Shown here piece after piece: positions 1-10,119 of a stretch of 64,000 nt of DNA. How positions within the stretch are numbered: the stretch's first letter is position 1; each line of letters starts with the position of its first letter. The position numbers were made by a program, and so were the translations under genes. This DNA is from Eledone cirrhosa. Taxonomy: Eukaryota. The notes below the pieces were generated by a model, which was given only the letters and a program-made list of their open reading frames with translations, was not told the origin of the DNA and ran no database searches. Where the stretch lies: contig OZ024742.1 in assembly GCA_964016885.1 (NCBI GenBank), forward strand, positions 38,812,001 through 38,876,000, written 5' to 3'.

Positions 1-90
1 TAGTCCTGTGGAAGCCATTTCTATATTAAATATTGCATATACTCTACTATGTATTGAGTACCTTACCCCCCACCCCCCGATTGAACCCGG

Positions 91-93
<3 letters not shown>
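1..93 (+). mobile_element. 3' end plus tail of an HHR-bearing element (same family as 59906-60860), running into (TA)n
   Basis: TAGTCCTGTGGAAGCC..CTATATTAAA and TATACTCTACTATGTATTGAGTACCTTAC..CCGATTGAACCCGG match 60829-60858 and the reverse complement of 59913-59974. Confidence 0.75.
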
Positions 94-129
<36 letters not shown>

Positions 130-389
130 TAGCGAGGTTTTTTATATGAAATCGTGTGTCGAAACAGATATTGTTATACTTGGGGAGGGTCATATTTGCG
201 TAATATTGCCAGAATTAATAACAGAACACACTCACTATTTGGTTGGTTTTCGCTTCTCGCTGTCTTTTATATCTGCGATCTAACTTACTCGGTCCTCAAT
301 GTTGCCATTGACTGACCGACGGTCAAAAACAATACAGATACAATATAGACACAAACACATATATATAGTTTACATAATTTACATAAATC

Positions 390-417
390 TTTCGTTGCAC
401 ATCTGCAACATCGTCAG
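390..417 (-). ncRNA. Hammerhead-like core in the PLE 3' region (left arm)
   Basis: Reverse complement of 6328-6355: CUGACGA-U-GUUGCA-gaug-UGCAAC-GAAA; stems I and III not convincingly resolved. Confidence 0.5.
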
Positions 418-703
418 TGGTGTTATATTTTTTCTTTTTTCCTCCTGTTGTGTTGTATGTCTACGCCATTTTTTATTCAGTCTGTCTATATATTTATTTA
501 TTTATTTGCTTGTTTGTTTATTTTATTTTGTCTTCTTTGCGCATGCGTTTGCGTGTGTGTATAGTGTTATGTGTGTGCTGTGTGACTAGTGTGTATAGTG
601 TTGTGTCTGCTGGGTGACTAGTGTGTGTTTATGTGCTTGTTGTTATTGTGCTTGTGTATGTATTTATTTATCTTATTTTATTTTATTTTATTTATTTACT
701 TAT

Positions 704-3700
704 TTATACTTCTCTTAGGTCAGTGTTGTTTGTTTGGGCGTTGTTGTTGTTCCACTCATTCTTTCTGTTTAGCTTAGGTCTTCTAATTTCTATTTCACTG
801 GCCTCTCTGATTTGCCTATCTGCTGGGTCATTCCTATGTTTAGATATTATTCTAATTTCTATGTTGTCTATGTTACCGTCATGTTGTTGTCTAGCATGTT
901 CGTATAGTACAGACCCGTTTTTTCGTCCTTTTAGTTCCCCCCAGTGTTGGTCTATCCTTTCACCTATGCTACGAGCTGTCTCACCTATGTATGTTGTTGT
1001 CATGTTTCTGCAAGTACCCTCTGTACATCTTATGCTATAGACTACGTTTCTAGTTTTACAGTTTATCCGGGGGTTCACCTTACATATGATACATTTCCTA
1101 TTGGTACAGTGGGTTTTCTTAAAAGGGTAGGTTTTGCTGATCAGGGATTTTATGGTGGTTCCTGGCTTTTCTACCACCTTTATTTTTAAGTGGGTCTTTC
1201 TCAGGGCCTTTCTACACTGGTTAGCTAATTTCCCTCCGGGGATGGCGTCCACAAACATGACACTCTGATATCTCTGGTTGTCGTACCATGATGTGGCCTT
1301 CCCTATCTTATGTCTAGCCCTATCTAAGCTATTCCATGATTTGCTCCTGTATAGTGGGAAAATTCCTTTCATGTCCAGTTCTATGAGGGTCTTATACTTT
1401 TCCATGGCTCCTTCGTATACTCTGACTCTGTCTCTTTGGTTGTAGCCAGAGAACTGCATGCGGTTGATGAAGTGTTGGGTGTGTCCTTCCATTTCTGTTG
1501 GGTCGCACATGCTGGACACATTCTTCATCACTCGTACCAAATCTGCGATCAGAATATTAAACTTAGCACTACTGGACATTGCTGAGTTTTTGAGTATCAG
1601 GTATTTGGAGGCCATGGGTTTAGCATAGTGTGAGTGGAGAATTTGGGCTCTCTCGTCTGTAGTGTTAATCCAGAGTTCTGTGTCTAATACAGGTAGTCTA
1701 TTGTTAGGGTGTTTGGAAGGGAAGTCGATAGTTACAGTTATACTCTGGTGTATGGAATTAGCTATCTGCTGGATGCTTTCCATCGTGCTACGTTCTAAAT
1801 CAAACTTGTTGGTGCTCTCTAGTGGGGGCGTTCTTATAACTATATTGATATCGTCTACATAACGAGAGTACATGATGAGGTCTATGGAGCTTTCATTAAG
1901 GAGATCTTTAAGTCTCCTTTCCCACCATACCATGAAAAGGTTGGCAACATCACCAGCTATGCTAACGCCGATGGCTGCTCCCTCATTTTGGGTGTAGATT
2001 TTCTCATTGAACTTAAATATGTGGCCCTTTAGGGTAGTTTTGATACTAGCCCCTATTGCATGTGCGACCATTTTTCTTACCTGATCAGTGTTTTGGGGGG
2101 TCCGTATAGCTTTGGTCCACCCAATCCACCTTCCTATGGGAGTCTTTTTTGCCATTGAGGTTATGGTGGGGGGTCTACCTCTTATAGGTCTACTAGGGCA
2201 GAAACTTCTAAGGTCATGGCTGTCTAGGTAGTCAGTGTCGTAGGTAAGTCTAAGTAGGAGGCCCAGTTCGTCTGTGTCGACGTCGCAGAACTCCACCTCA
2301 CTCTCAATGATCATCTCCACACATCTTTTCACAGCAAAATCAATGTTAATGGATGGGTACAGTGACACCACATCCATGCTGCCTATTATGCAGTTGGATA
2401 GGCTCCTGTTTTTGTTGCACTCACTGATTCTGCTGAGGAGGTCCTCTGTACTTTCACATACATCTGGGGACATCTTGATTATGGGGCGTATAACCATTGA
2501 GAGGAAGTAGGAGATCCTGTAGTTGCTAGCTATATTAGCTCCGCATACAGGTCTTGTTGGTGGTCCTGTTGTCGGGTCGTCGACTGTCTTGTGGTCTTTG
2601 CGGAGCCCATACAAGGGTGGTATGTCATTGTTAGACGCCTGGAAGTTGTTGGCAGTGCGTCTGCTTGGCTTTAGGATGTCAGTCCACATCATCATGTGAG
2701 CGTTGAGGATTTTTTCTCTCCCATCGTGTGTTTGTTGTGCAACTTCGCTCGTGTTGGTGATGTGGGGTTGCATAGCCTCGATGTAGTTCGGCATGCTATC
2801 TATTGACATCCTACCAGACTTATCTGTGGGTAGACACACTACCTCACCATCCCTTGTGCGCTGCTTGAGGCTAACCAAGCCTTCTACAGGTTTTCTCCCA
2901 AGTTGTTGGGCCTCTGGTCTGCTCTGTCTCTTAGTATACCTGTCTACTACTTGTCTAATCTTATTTCTAGCTATGGTGAACTGTGCCTCCGTCTCGTCAT
3001 CTATTTGCTGTGGTATGCAAACTCTTTTATTAAAGGGTAACCTCGTAGGATAGATATTACCCATCTTATATGTTTTGTCAGCTGGGTTGAAAAATAGTTT
3101 CTCTAAGGGGCTGTCATTATATCTATCGTCATAGTTGTGTGTGTTGCTATTGTTGTTGTCAGGGTGGTTGTTGTTTCTATCATTAGCATTATTATTATTG
3201 TTATGATTGCTAGATGTATTGTTGTTTACTTCACCGTTATTGTTGTTGTTGTTACTGTTATTTCTACCATTGTGGTTGTTACTATTATTATGTTTCTTGT
3301 TTTTGTTGATGTTGCTACATGTACCATTTCCATTATTACCACTGTGGTTATTGTTGTTGTTGTTCGTATTGTTACTGTTATTACTACTGTGGTCACTGTT
3401 GCTGTGTCTGTGGTTAACGTTTCTATTATTATTATTATTGTGGTTGTTGTTGTTCCGTCTATCGCTAGTATTATTGCCATTATCACTATTTCTCACACTC
3501 CTGCCATTGTTATGGTTATGGCTGTTATTTCTATACCCAGAGTTATTGTTTATATTATTACTACCGTTATTATTGTTGTTGTTGTTTACCTTTGCATTCC
3601 AACGTATTTTTGTGAAACACTTTTCCAGCTCCGTTTTGCATTCCATAGAGTTAATCTTTTTGTAGATGGCAAATTTTGGTGGTAACCGTAGGATTTGTTG

Positions 3701-3784
3701 TTCTTGTTCACTGATTGAAGTGTTCCCATAGATAATTACTGTTTGGTCATTGGTAAATTCTTCCGGTAGTTTTACATCAGTCAT
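704..3784 (-). CDS. PLE polyprotein, 1026 aa from MTDVKL: N-terminal domain with Asn-rich insert, reverse transcriptase, Cys-rich linker, GIY-YIG endonuclease (Neptune/Nematis-like layout)
   Basis: Uninterrupted ORF with EQQILRLPPKF, PTDKSG, LYGLRKDHK, TRPVC, GSMDVVSLYPSI, YTQNEGAAIG, YSRYVDD, LPVLD, CTNRKCIIC..C, NVVYSIRC..C..YIGETARSIGERIDQH, REASEI, LN. Confidence 0.93.
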   Translation of the reverse strand: MTDVKLPEEFTNDQTVIIYGNTSISEQEQQILRLPPKFAIYKKINSMECKTELEKCFTKIRWNAKVNNNNNNNGSNNINNNSGYRNNSHNHNNGRSVRNSDNGNNTSDRRNNNNHNNNNNRNVNHRHSNSDHSSNNSNNTNNNNNNHSGNNGNGTCSNINKNKKHNNSNNHNGRNNSNNNNNNGEVNNNTSSNHNNNNNANDRNNNHPDNNNSNTHNYDDRYNDSPLEKLFFNPADKTYKMGNIYPTRLPFNKRVCIPQQIDDETEAQFTIARNKIRQVVDRYTKRQSRPEAQQLGRKPVEGLVSLKQRTRDGEVVCLPTDKSGRMSIDSMPNYIEAMQPHITNTSEVAQQTHDGREKILNAHMMMWTDILKPSRRTANNFQASNNDIPPLYGLRKDHKTVDDPTTGPPTRPVCGANIASNYRISYFLSMVIRPIIKMSPDVCESTEDLLSRISECNKNRSLSNCIIGSMDVVSLYPSINIDFAVKRCVEMIIESEVEFCDVDTDELGLLLRLTYDTDYLDSHDLRSFCPSRPIRGRPPTITSMAKKTPIGRWIGWTKAIRTPQNTDQVRKMVAHAIGASIKTTLKGHIFKFNEKIYTQNEGAAIGVSIAGDVANLFMVWWERRLKDLLNESSIDLIMYSRYVDDINIVIRTPPLESTNKFDLERSTMESIQQIANSIHQSITVTIDFPSKHPNNRLPVLDTELWINTTDERAQILHSHYAKPMASKYLILKNSAMSSSAKFNILIADLVRVMKNVSSMCDPTEMEGHTQHFINRMQFSGYNQRDRVRVYEGAMEKYKTLIELDMKGIFPLYRSKSWNSLDRARHKIGKATSWYDNQRYQSVMFVDAIPGGKLANQCRKALRKTHLKIKVVEKPGTTIKSLISKTYPFKKTHCTNRKCIICKVNPRINCKTRNVVYSIRCTEGTCRNMTTTYIGETARSIGERIDQHWGELKGRKNGSVLYEHARQQHDGNIDNIEIRIISKHRNDPADRQIREASEIEIRRPKLNRKNEWNNNNAQTNNTDLREV
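3125..3590 (-). repeat. In-frame AAC/AAT-rich low-complexity tract encoding an Asn-rich region of about 150 aa
   Basis: Degenerate (TTG/TTA)n on the + strand; translation NNNNNNNGSNNINNNSGYRNNSHNHNNG... without stops. Confidence 0.9.
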
Positions 3785-6041
3785 GATTAGACAAGTAGTA
3801 GACAGGTATACTAAGAGACAGAGCAGACCAGAGGCCCAACAACTTGGGAAAAAACCTGTAGAAGGCTTGGTTAGCCTCAAGCAGCGCACAAGGGATGGTG
3901 AGGTAGTGTGTCTACCCACAGATAAGTCTGGTAGGATGTCAATAGATAGCATGCCGAACTACATCGAGGCTATGCAACCCCACATCACCAACACGAGCGA
4001 AGTTGCACAAAAAACACACGATGGGAGAGAAAAAATCCTCAACGCTCACATGATGATGTGGACTGACATCCTAAAGCCAAGCAGACGCACTGCCAACAAC
4101 TTCCAGGCGTCTAACAATGGCATACCACCCTTGTATGGGCTCCGCAAAGACCACAAGACAGTCGACGACCCGACAACAGGACCACCAACAAGACCTGTAT
4201 GCGGAGCTAATATAGCTAGCAACTACAGGATCTCCTACTTCCTCTCAATGGTTATACGCCCCATAATCAAGATGTCCCCAGATATATGTGAAAGTACAGA
4301 GGACCTCCTCAGCAGAATCAGTGAGTGCAACAAAAACAGGAGCCTATCCAACTGCATAATAGGCAGCATGGATGTGGTGTCACTGTACCCATCCATTAAC
4401 ATTGATTTTGCTGTGAAAAGATGTGTGGAGATGATCATTGAGAGTGAGGTGGAGTTCTGCGACGTCGACACAGACGAACTGGGCCTCCTACTTAGACTTA
4501 CCTACGACACTGACTACCTAGACAGCCATGACCTTAGAAGTTTCTGCCCTAGTAGACCTATAAGAGGTAGACCCCCCACCATAACCTCAATGGCAAAAAA
4601 GACTCCCATAGGAAGGTGGATTGGGTGGACCAAAGCCATACGGACCCCCCAAAACACTGATCAGGTAAGAAAAATGGTCGCACATGCAATAGGGGCTAGT
4701 ATCAAAACTACCCTAAAGGGCCACATATTTAAGTTCAATGAGAAAATCTACACCCAAAATGAGGGAGCAGCCATCGGCGTTAGCATAGCTGGTGATGTTG
4801 CCAACCTTTTCATGGTATGGTGGGAAAGGAGACTTAAAGATCTCCTTAATGAAAGCTCCATAGACCTCATCATGTACTCTCGTTATGTAGACGATATCAA
4901 TATAGTTATAAGAACACCCCCACTAGAGAGCACCAACAAGTTTGATTTAGAACGTAGCACGATGGAAAGCATCCAGCAGATAGCTAATTCCATACACCAG
5001 AGTATAACTGTAACTATCGACTTCCCTTCCAAACACCCTAACAATAGACTACCTGTATTAGACACAGAACTCTGGATTAACACTACAGACGAGAGAGCCC
5101 AAATTCTCCACTCACACTATGCTAAACCCATGGCCTCCAAATACCTGATACTCAAAAACTCAGCAATGTCCAGTAGTGCTAAGTTTAATATTCTGATCGC
5201 AGATTTGGTACGAGTGATGAAGAATGTGTCCAGCATGTGCGACCCAACAGAAATGGAAGGACACACCCAACACTTCATCAACCGCATGCAGTTCTCTGGC
5301 TACAACCAAAGAGACAGAGTCAGAGTATACGAAGGAGCCATGGAAAAGTATAAGACCCTCATAGAACTGGACATGAAAGGAATTTTCCCACTATACAGGA
5401 GCAAATCATGGAATAGCTTAAATAGGGCTAGACATAAGATAGGGAAGGCCACATCATGGTACGACAACCAGAGATATCAGAGTGTCATGTTTGTGGACGC
5501 CACCCCCGGAGGGAAATTAGCTAACCAGTGTAGAAAGGCCCTGAGAAAGACCCACTTAAAAATAAAGGTGGTAGAAAAGCCAGGAACCACCATAAAATCC
5601 CTGATCAGCAAAACCTACCCTTTTAAGAAAACCCACTGTACCAATAGGAAATGTATCATATGTAAGGTGAACCCCCGGATAAACTGTAAAACTAGAAACG
5701 TAGTCTATAGCATAAGATGTACAGAGGGTACTTGCAGAAACATGACAACAACATACATAGGTGAGACAGCTCGTAGCATAGGTGAAAGGATAGACCAACA
5801 CTGGGGGGAACTAAAAGGACGAAAAAACGGGTCTGTACTATACGAACATGCTAGACAACAACATGACGGTAACATAGACAACATAGAAATTAGAATAATA
5901 TCTAAACATAGGAATGACCCAGCAGATAGGCAAATCAGAGAGGCCAGTGAAATAGAAATTAGAAGACCTAAGCTAAACAGAAAGAATGAGTGGAACAACA
6001 ACAACACCCAAACAAACAACACTGACCTAAGAGAAGTATAA
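3783..6041 (+). CDS. N-terminally truncated inverted copy of the PLE polyprotein, 752 aa from MIRQVV (RT + GIY-YIG intact)
   Basis: Open frame matching the C-terminal 751 aa of the minus-strand ORF except for 7 substitutions; ATG formed at the inversion junction. Confidence 0.85.
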   Translation: MIRQVVDRYTKRQSRPEAQQLGKKPVEGLVSLKQRTRDGEVVCLPTDKSGRMSIDSMPNYIEAMQPHITNTSEVAQKTHDGREKILNAHMMMWTDILKPSRRTANNFQASNNGIPPLYGLRKDHKTVDDPTTGPPTRPVCGANIASNYRISYFLSMVIRPIIKMSPDICESTEDLLSRISECNKNRSLSNCIIGSMDVVSLYPSINIDFAVKRCVEMIIESEVEFCDVDTDELGLLLRLTYDTDYLDSHDLRSFCPSRPIRGRPPTITSMAKKTPIGRWIGWTKAIRTPQNTDQVRKMVAHAIGASIKTTLKGHIFKFNEKIYTQNEGAAIGVSIAGDVANLFMVWWERRLKDLLNESSIDLIMYSRYVDDINIVIRTPPLESTNKFDLERSTMESIQQIANSIHQSITVTIDFPSKHPNNRLPVLDTELWINTTDERAQILHSHYAKPMASKYLILKNSAMSSSAKFNILIADLVRVMKNVSSMCDPTEMEGHTQHFINRMQFSGYNQRDRVRVYEGAMEKYKTLIELDMKGIFPLYRSKSWNSLNRARHKIGKATSWYDNQRYQSVMFVDATPGGKLANQCRKALRKTHLKIKVVEKPGTTIKSLISKTYPFKKTHCTNRKCIICKVNPRINCKTRNVVYSIRCTEGTCRNMTTTYIGETARSIGERIDQHWGELKGRKNGSVLYEHARQQHDGNIDNIEIRIISKHRNDPADRQIREASEIEIRRPKLNRKNEWNNNNTQTNNTDLREV

Positions 6042-6327
6042 ATAAGTAAATAAATAAAATAAAATAAAATAAGATAAATAAATACATACACAAGCACAAT
6101 AACAACAAGCACATAAACACACACTAGTCACCCAGCAGACACAACACTATACACACTAGTCACACAGCACACACATAACACTATACACACACGCAAACGT
6201 ATGCGCAAAGAAGACAAAATAAAATAAACAAACAAGCAAATAAATAAATAAATATATAGACAGACTGAATAAAAAATGGCGTAGACATACAACACAACCG
6301 GAGGAAAAAAGAAAAAATATAACACTA

Positions 6328-6355
6328 CTGACGATGTTGCAGATGTGCAACGAAA
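6328..6355 (+). ncRNA. Hammerhead-like core in the PLE 3' region (right arm)
   Basis: CUGACGA + 6-bp stem II + GAAA, about 290 nt after the stop codon; PLE pseudo-LTRs are known to carry HHRs. Confidence 0.5.
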
Positions 6356-7155
6356 GATTTATGTAAATTATGTAAACTATATATATGTGTTTGTGTCTAT
6401 ATTGTATCTGTATTGTTTTTGACCGTCGGTCAGTCAATGGCAATATTGAGGACCGAGTAAGTTAGATCGCAGATATAAAAGACAGCGAGAAGCGAAAACC
6501 AACCAAACAGTGAGTGTGTTCTGTTATTAATTCTGGCAATATTACGCAAATATGACCCTCCCCAAGTATAACAATATATATATATATATATATATAAACT
6601 TAAGAAAATTAACAAAGAAACGACAAGACAACGAACGGAAACAAAACAAAACGAAAAATAATTTTTTAAGGAGAAACCTTAAAAAATTATTAAAAAAAAG
6701 AAAAAAATATAAATATAGAAACGAAGGACACAGAACTCTATGGTCATCGGCTGTTGAGATGGACTTAGGCAGTTTCGACTATAAACATTTGCAGGAAAAT
6801 GGTCTCTGGCATTTATTAGCAGCTTGTAGATGAAATCTGTTTAGACGGCATACCCCCCTCCCCTCCGAAAAAAAAAAAAGAATACTAGCCTATTGACTGA
6901 GCTGAAGATCCCAAATTTCTTCCGTTGGGTTAATGGAAGCCGTTATGTATGAGGGTCAGAATATGATGTGGAATGAGGGAGACATAGGTTCTGCTATGGG
7001 GTGTGAGTGGGGTGATGGGAGAGTAGTCAATAATTCAAGGAATTTTATCCGGTACTTAACCATCTTTTCTGCTATCTACTCTTTGAAGTAATAATTATAA
7101 CATCCTATATTACAACTCTATTTATCTCTGTCAAAATATTTAATCATGTGTTATA

Positions 7156-8177
7156 CGAGGTTTGTCCCAAAAGGTGCTGATGTTTTATTTAAATGTAAAT
7201 TAGACGTATATAAAATTACAATTTATCTCCTTCAAAATACGACCTTTGGGGAGTTACACAGTGGTTCCAATGTTTTTTTCCATTGATCGAAGCAATGTCG
7301 GAAGTCATTTTCAGTGAGTGTCCTTAGTTCGTCAGTTACATTTGTTTTTGTATGTTTTTCTCAATCTCTAAATGATGACTCTTCAAGTTCGATTTCAACT
7401 TGGGGAAGAGGTAAAGATCACACGGAGCTAGATCTGGGCTGTAGAGAGGATGTTGAAGAGTGGAAATGTTTTTCTTCGCAAGAAATGCTCTAACTGAAAG
7501 TGCCGTGTTTGGGCACTAATTTTGCATAAATGTTTCGCGTGTGCAAATGGTCTGTTAAACGTCTGTGAACTGCATTTGTATCCAAGCCCGTTTCTTATGC
7601 AATCGTCCTAACAATTAACCGGCGATCTTCCGCCATTCACCGTGCGCACCACTTCCACATTTTGTTGATTTGTAGACGAGATTGGCTTTCCAGAACTAGG
7701 TTCGTTATTCATACAACGGGTCTAAAAACATCTGACTGATAAAATGATAAGTCAGTCAATCATATTGGTGGCCTCTCCACAGCTCTGGCGGACAGAATAG
7801 AGGTTCGTATTCAACATTTTCTCGGAACCTCTTCGAAGGCTTTATGTCGCTTAAAAAACTTATTTCTCGATAGAGTATCATCTCCATAAGCTTGTGTTAA
7901 AGAATTAAATGTTTCGGTGGCAGATTTATTGAGTTTCACACCAAATTCAGTCGCGTACCGTTGTTCGATATTTTCTTGCATCCCAAACGTAACCGAGGTT
8001 ATAAACACGCCTGTACATAAACAGCAATAACTCACGACTGACACAATCGATCATGTTGAAACAAGTATGTACACGCAGCCAAGGTTATAGCCAACAGACT
8101 TATATACATCTACGAGGTGCTGCGTTACCATGTCACACATAGGAAAATCAGTATACTTGCTTTTGGGACAAACCTCG
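7156..8177 (-). mobile_element. Decayed mariner DNA transposon with TIRs and TA TSD
   Basis: TA|CGAGGTTTGTCCCAAAAG ... CTTTTGGGACAAACCTCG|TA; minus-strand remnants MQENIEQRYATEFGVKLNKSATETF and YSPDLAPCD. Confidence 0.9.
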
Positions 8178-8696
8178 TATATTTAGCTTTCAAGTCTAGA
8201 TTTGTGTTGTATTGAATGGATGTGTAGACTTGTGTGTGTGTGTGTGTGTGTGTGTGCGCGTATGTGTGTGTGTGTGTGTGTGTGTGCGTGCGTATGTGTG
8301 CGCGCGTGTGTGTGTGTGTCTGTGTGTGTGTGAGAATGGGCGCGAGCATGTGTCTTTTCCTGCACATCTATTTCTTTTATCACATCTCACGACATCACCC
8401 TCGTAGGGTCAAGAGAGTGCACATGAGTGTGAAATAGATTATAATAGATTACACACACACACAGACACACACACAATCACACACACACACACATACTTAC
8501 ACAATCGCACACACACACTCTCTCTTACACACACACACGCACGCAGACACACACACACACACTCACACACAGACACACACACACACTCAGACAGACAGAC
8601 ACACACTCACACACACACACACTCAGACAGACAGACACACACTCACACACACACCTATATATAACAAGAGCTTAGCCCTCGAGCATTAACTCATTT

Positions 8697-8874
8697 TTGG
8701 CAGTATCGGTAGAGGGTCGGACGCCATGCTTTCCAGCATAGTGACGTCCCTTTACGATCTGAGTTCAAATCCCACCGAGGTTGACTTTGCCTTTCATCCT
8801 TACGGGGTCGATAAAATAAAGTACCAGTAATGTACTGGTTAATTGCTGGCCTTGTGCCTAAAGTAGAAACAATT
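8697..8874 (+). mobile_element. tRNA-derived SINE with Nin/Deu-like domain
   Basis: B-box GAGTTCAAATCC followed by GACTTTGCCTTTCATCCTTACGGGGTCGATAAAATAAAGTACC; near-identical copies elsewhere in the window. Confidence 0.8.
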
Positions 8875-9489
8875 ATAATATATATATAAATGTGTATATA
8901 ATATATAATTGTTTATAATATATTATATATATATATATGTGTGTCTGTGTGTGTGTGTGTGAGTATGTGTGTGTGAGTGTGTGTGTGTGTGTGAGCGTGT
9001 GTGTGTGTGTGTGTGAGTGTGAGTGTGTGTGTGAGCGTGTGAGCGTGTGTGTGTGTGTGTATGTGTGTGTGTGTGAGCGTGTGAGTGTGTGTGTGAGCGT
9101 GTGTGTGTGTGTGTGTGTGTGTGAGTGTGAGTGTGAGTGTGTGTGTGAGCGTGTGAGCGTGTGCGCGCGTGTGTGTGTGTGTAAATGCCTGGAAACATCA
9201 TGTTCAATTTGGAAATGGTGGTGTTTATTATATCTATCATCCCACTATACAAACATTGTTGCTGATTATCTTTATCCTTTTTCAGCGTTTATGATGAAGG
9301 ATAATAAAATTATTTATTTCCACCTCCCTAACCCCTTGCCACTTGCCATCAACCTGTTAATGACTAATGCAGCACACGTCCGGTCTTGTAAGACGTCACA
9401 GGTCTGTACCCAGTGAACACCAACGGGAGGAAAGAAAGAGAAACGTATCAGATTTCTGTAATGTCAACCTCACACCAACACATTAATTC

Positions 9490-9674
9490 TGTGGATTGGC
9501 AGTATCAGTAGAGGGTCGGACACCATGCTTTCCAGCATAGTTACGTCCCTTTACGATCTGAGTTCAAATCCCGCCGAGGTTGACTTTGCCTTTCATCCTT
9601 ACGGGGTCGATAAAATAAAGTACCAGTAATGCACTGGGTAATTGCTGGCCTTGTGCCTAAAGTAGAAACAATTA
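9490..9674 (+). mobile_element. Same tRNA-SINE
   Basis: Near-identical to 8697-8874. Confidence 0.8.
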
Positions 9675-9715
9675 ATTCTATATACTTCTTCCAACAGAAG
9701 TATATATATAATATA

Positions 9716-9901
9716 ATTGTTCCTACTTTTGGCACACGGCCAGCAATTACCTAGTACATTACTGGTACTTTATTTTATCGACCCCGTAAGGATGAAAGGC
9801 AAAGTTAACCTCGGCGGGATTTGAACTCAGTTCGTAAAGGGACGTAACTGTGTTGCAAAGCATGGCGTCTGACCCTCATACGATACTGCCAATCCACCAC
9901 C
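9716..9901 (-). mobile_element. Same tRNA-SINE, inverted relative to 9490-9674
   Basis: Reverse complement of the family consensus. Confidence 0.8.
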
Positions 9902-9921
9902 ATTTGTTCATTTTTTAACTA

Positions 9922-9962
<41 letters not shown>

Positions 9963-10063
9963 AGAATGAAACGAAATTTCATTTCTCACTCTTAGTACGG
10001 CACTTACTTAAATGTAAGTGTGTATGTATACGTACATACATATATGTATACAGACGTACAGTA

Positions 10064-10115
<52 letters not shown>

Positions 10116-10119
<4 letters not shown>

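Larger units (their letters stand above)
127..6577. mobile_element. Penelope-like retroelement inserted as an asymmetric palindrome in (TA)n
   Basis: Arms 168-2960 and 3785-6577 are reverse complements (paired coordinates sum to 6745 at every point checked); extra tail 127-167 on the left arm only; (TA)n on both flanks. Confidence 0.95.

Noticed and set aside
3785-3952. First 56 aa of the listed 1082-aa ORF (and first 11 aa of the 763-aa ORF)
   Set aside because: They are antisense read-through into the opposite arm or spacer; the plausible starts are the ATGs at 3784 and 3783.
299-6443. Small mirrored ORFs and Leu/Val/Ile-rich ORFs (e.g. 621-1040, 3137-3685, 3207-3665) as membrane proteins
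   Set aside because: Antisense shadows of the PLE ORF, its A-rich 3' UTR and the Asn tract.
127-6577. Assembly or fold-back read artefact; DNA transposon with giant TIRs
   Set aside because: The arms differ at about 14 sites, the same layout recurs in older diverged copies, and the product is RT + GIY-YIG rather than a transposase. Read-level confirmation is still advisable.
9490-9901. Inverted SINE pair as a member of the palindromic guild
   Set aside because: Two full SINE copies tail-to-tail from an abundant family; explained by independent insertions.
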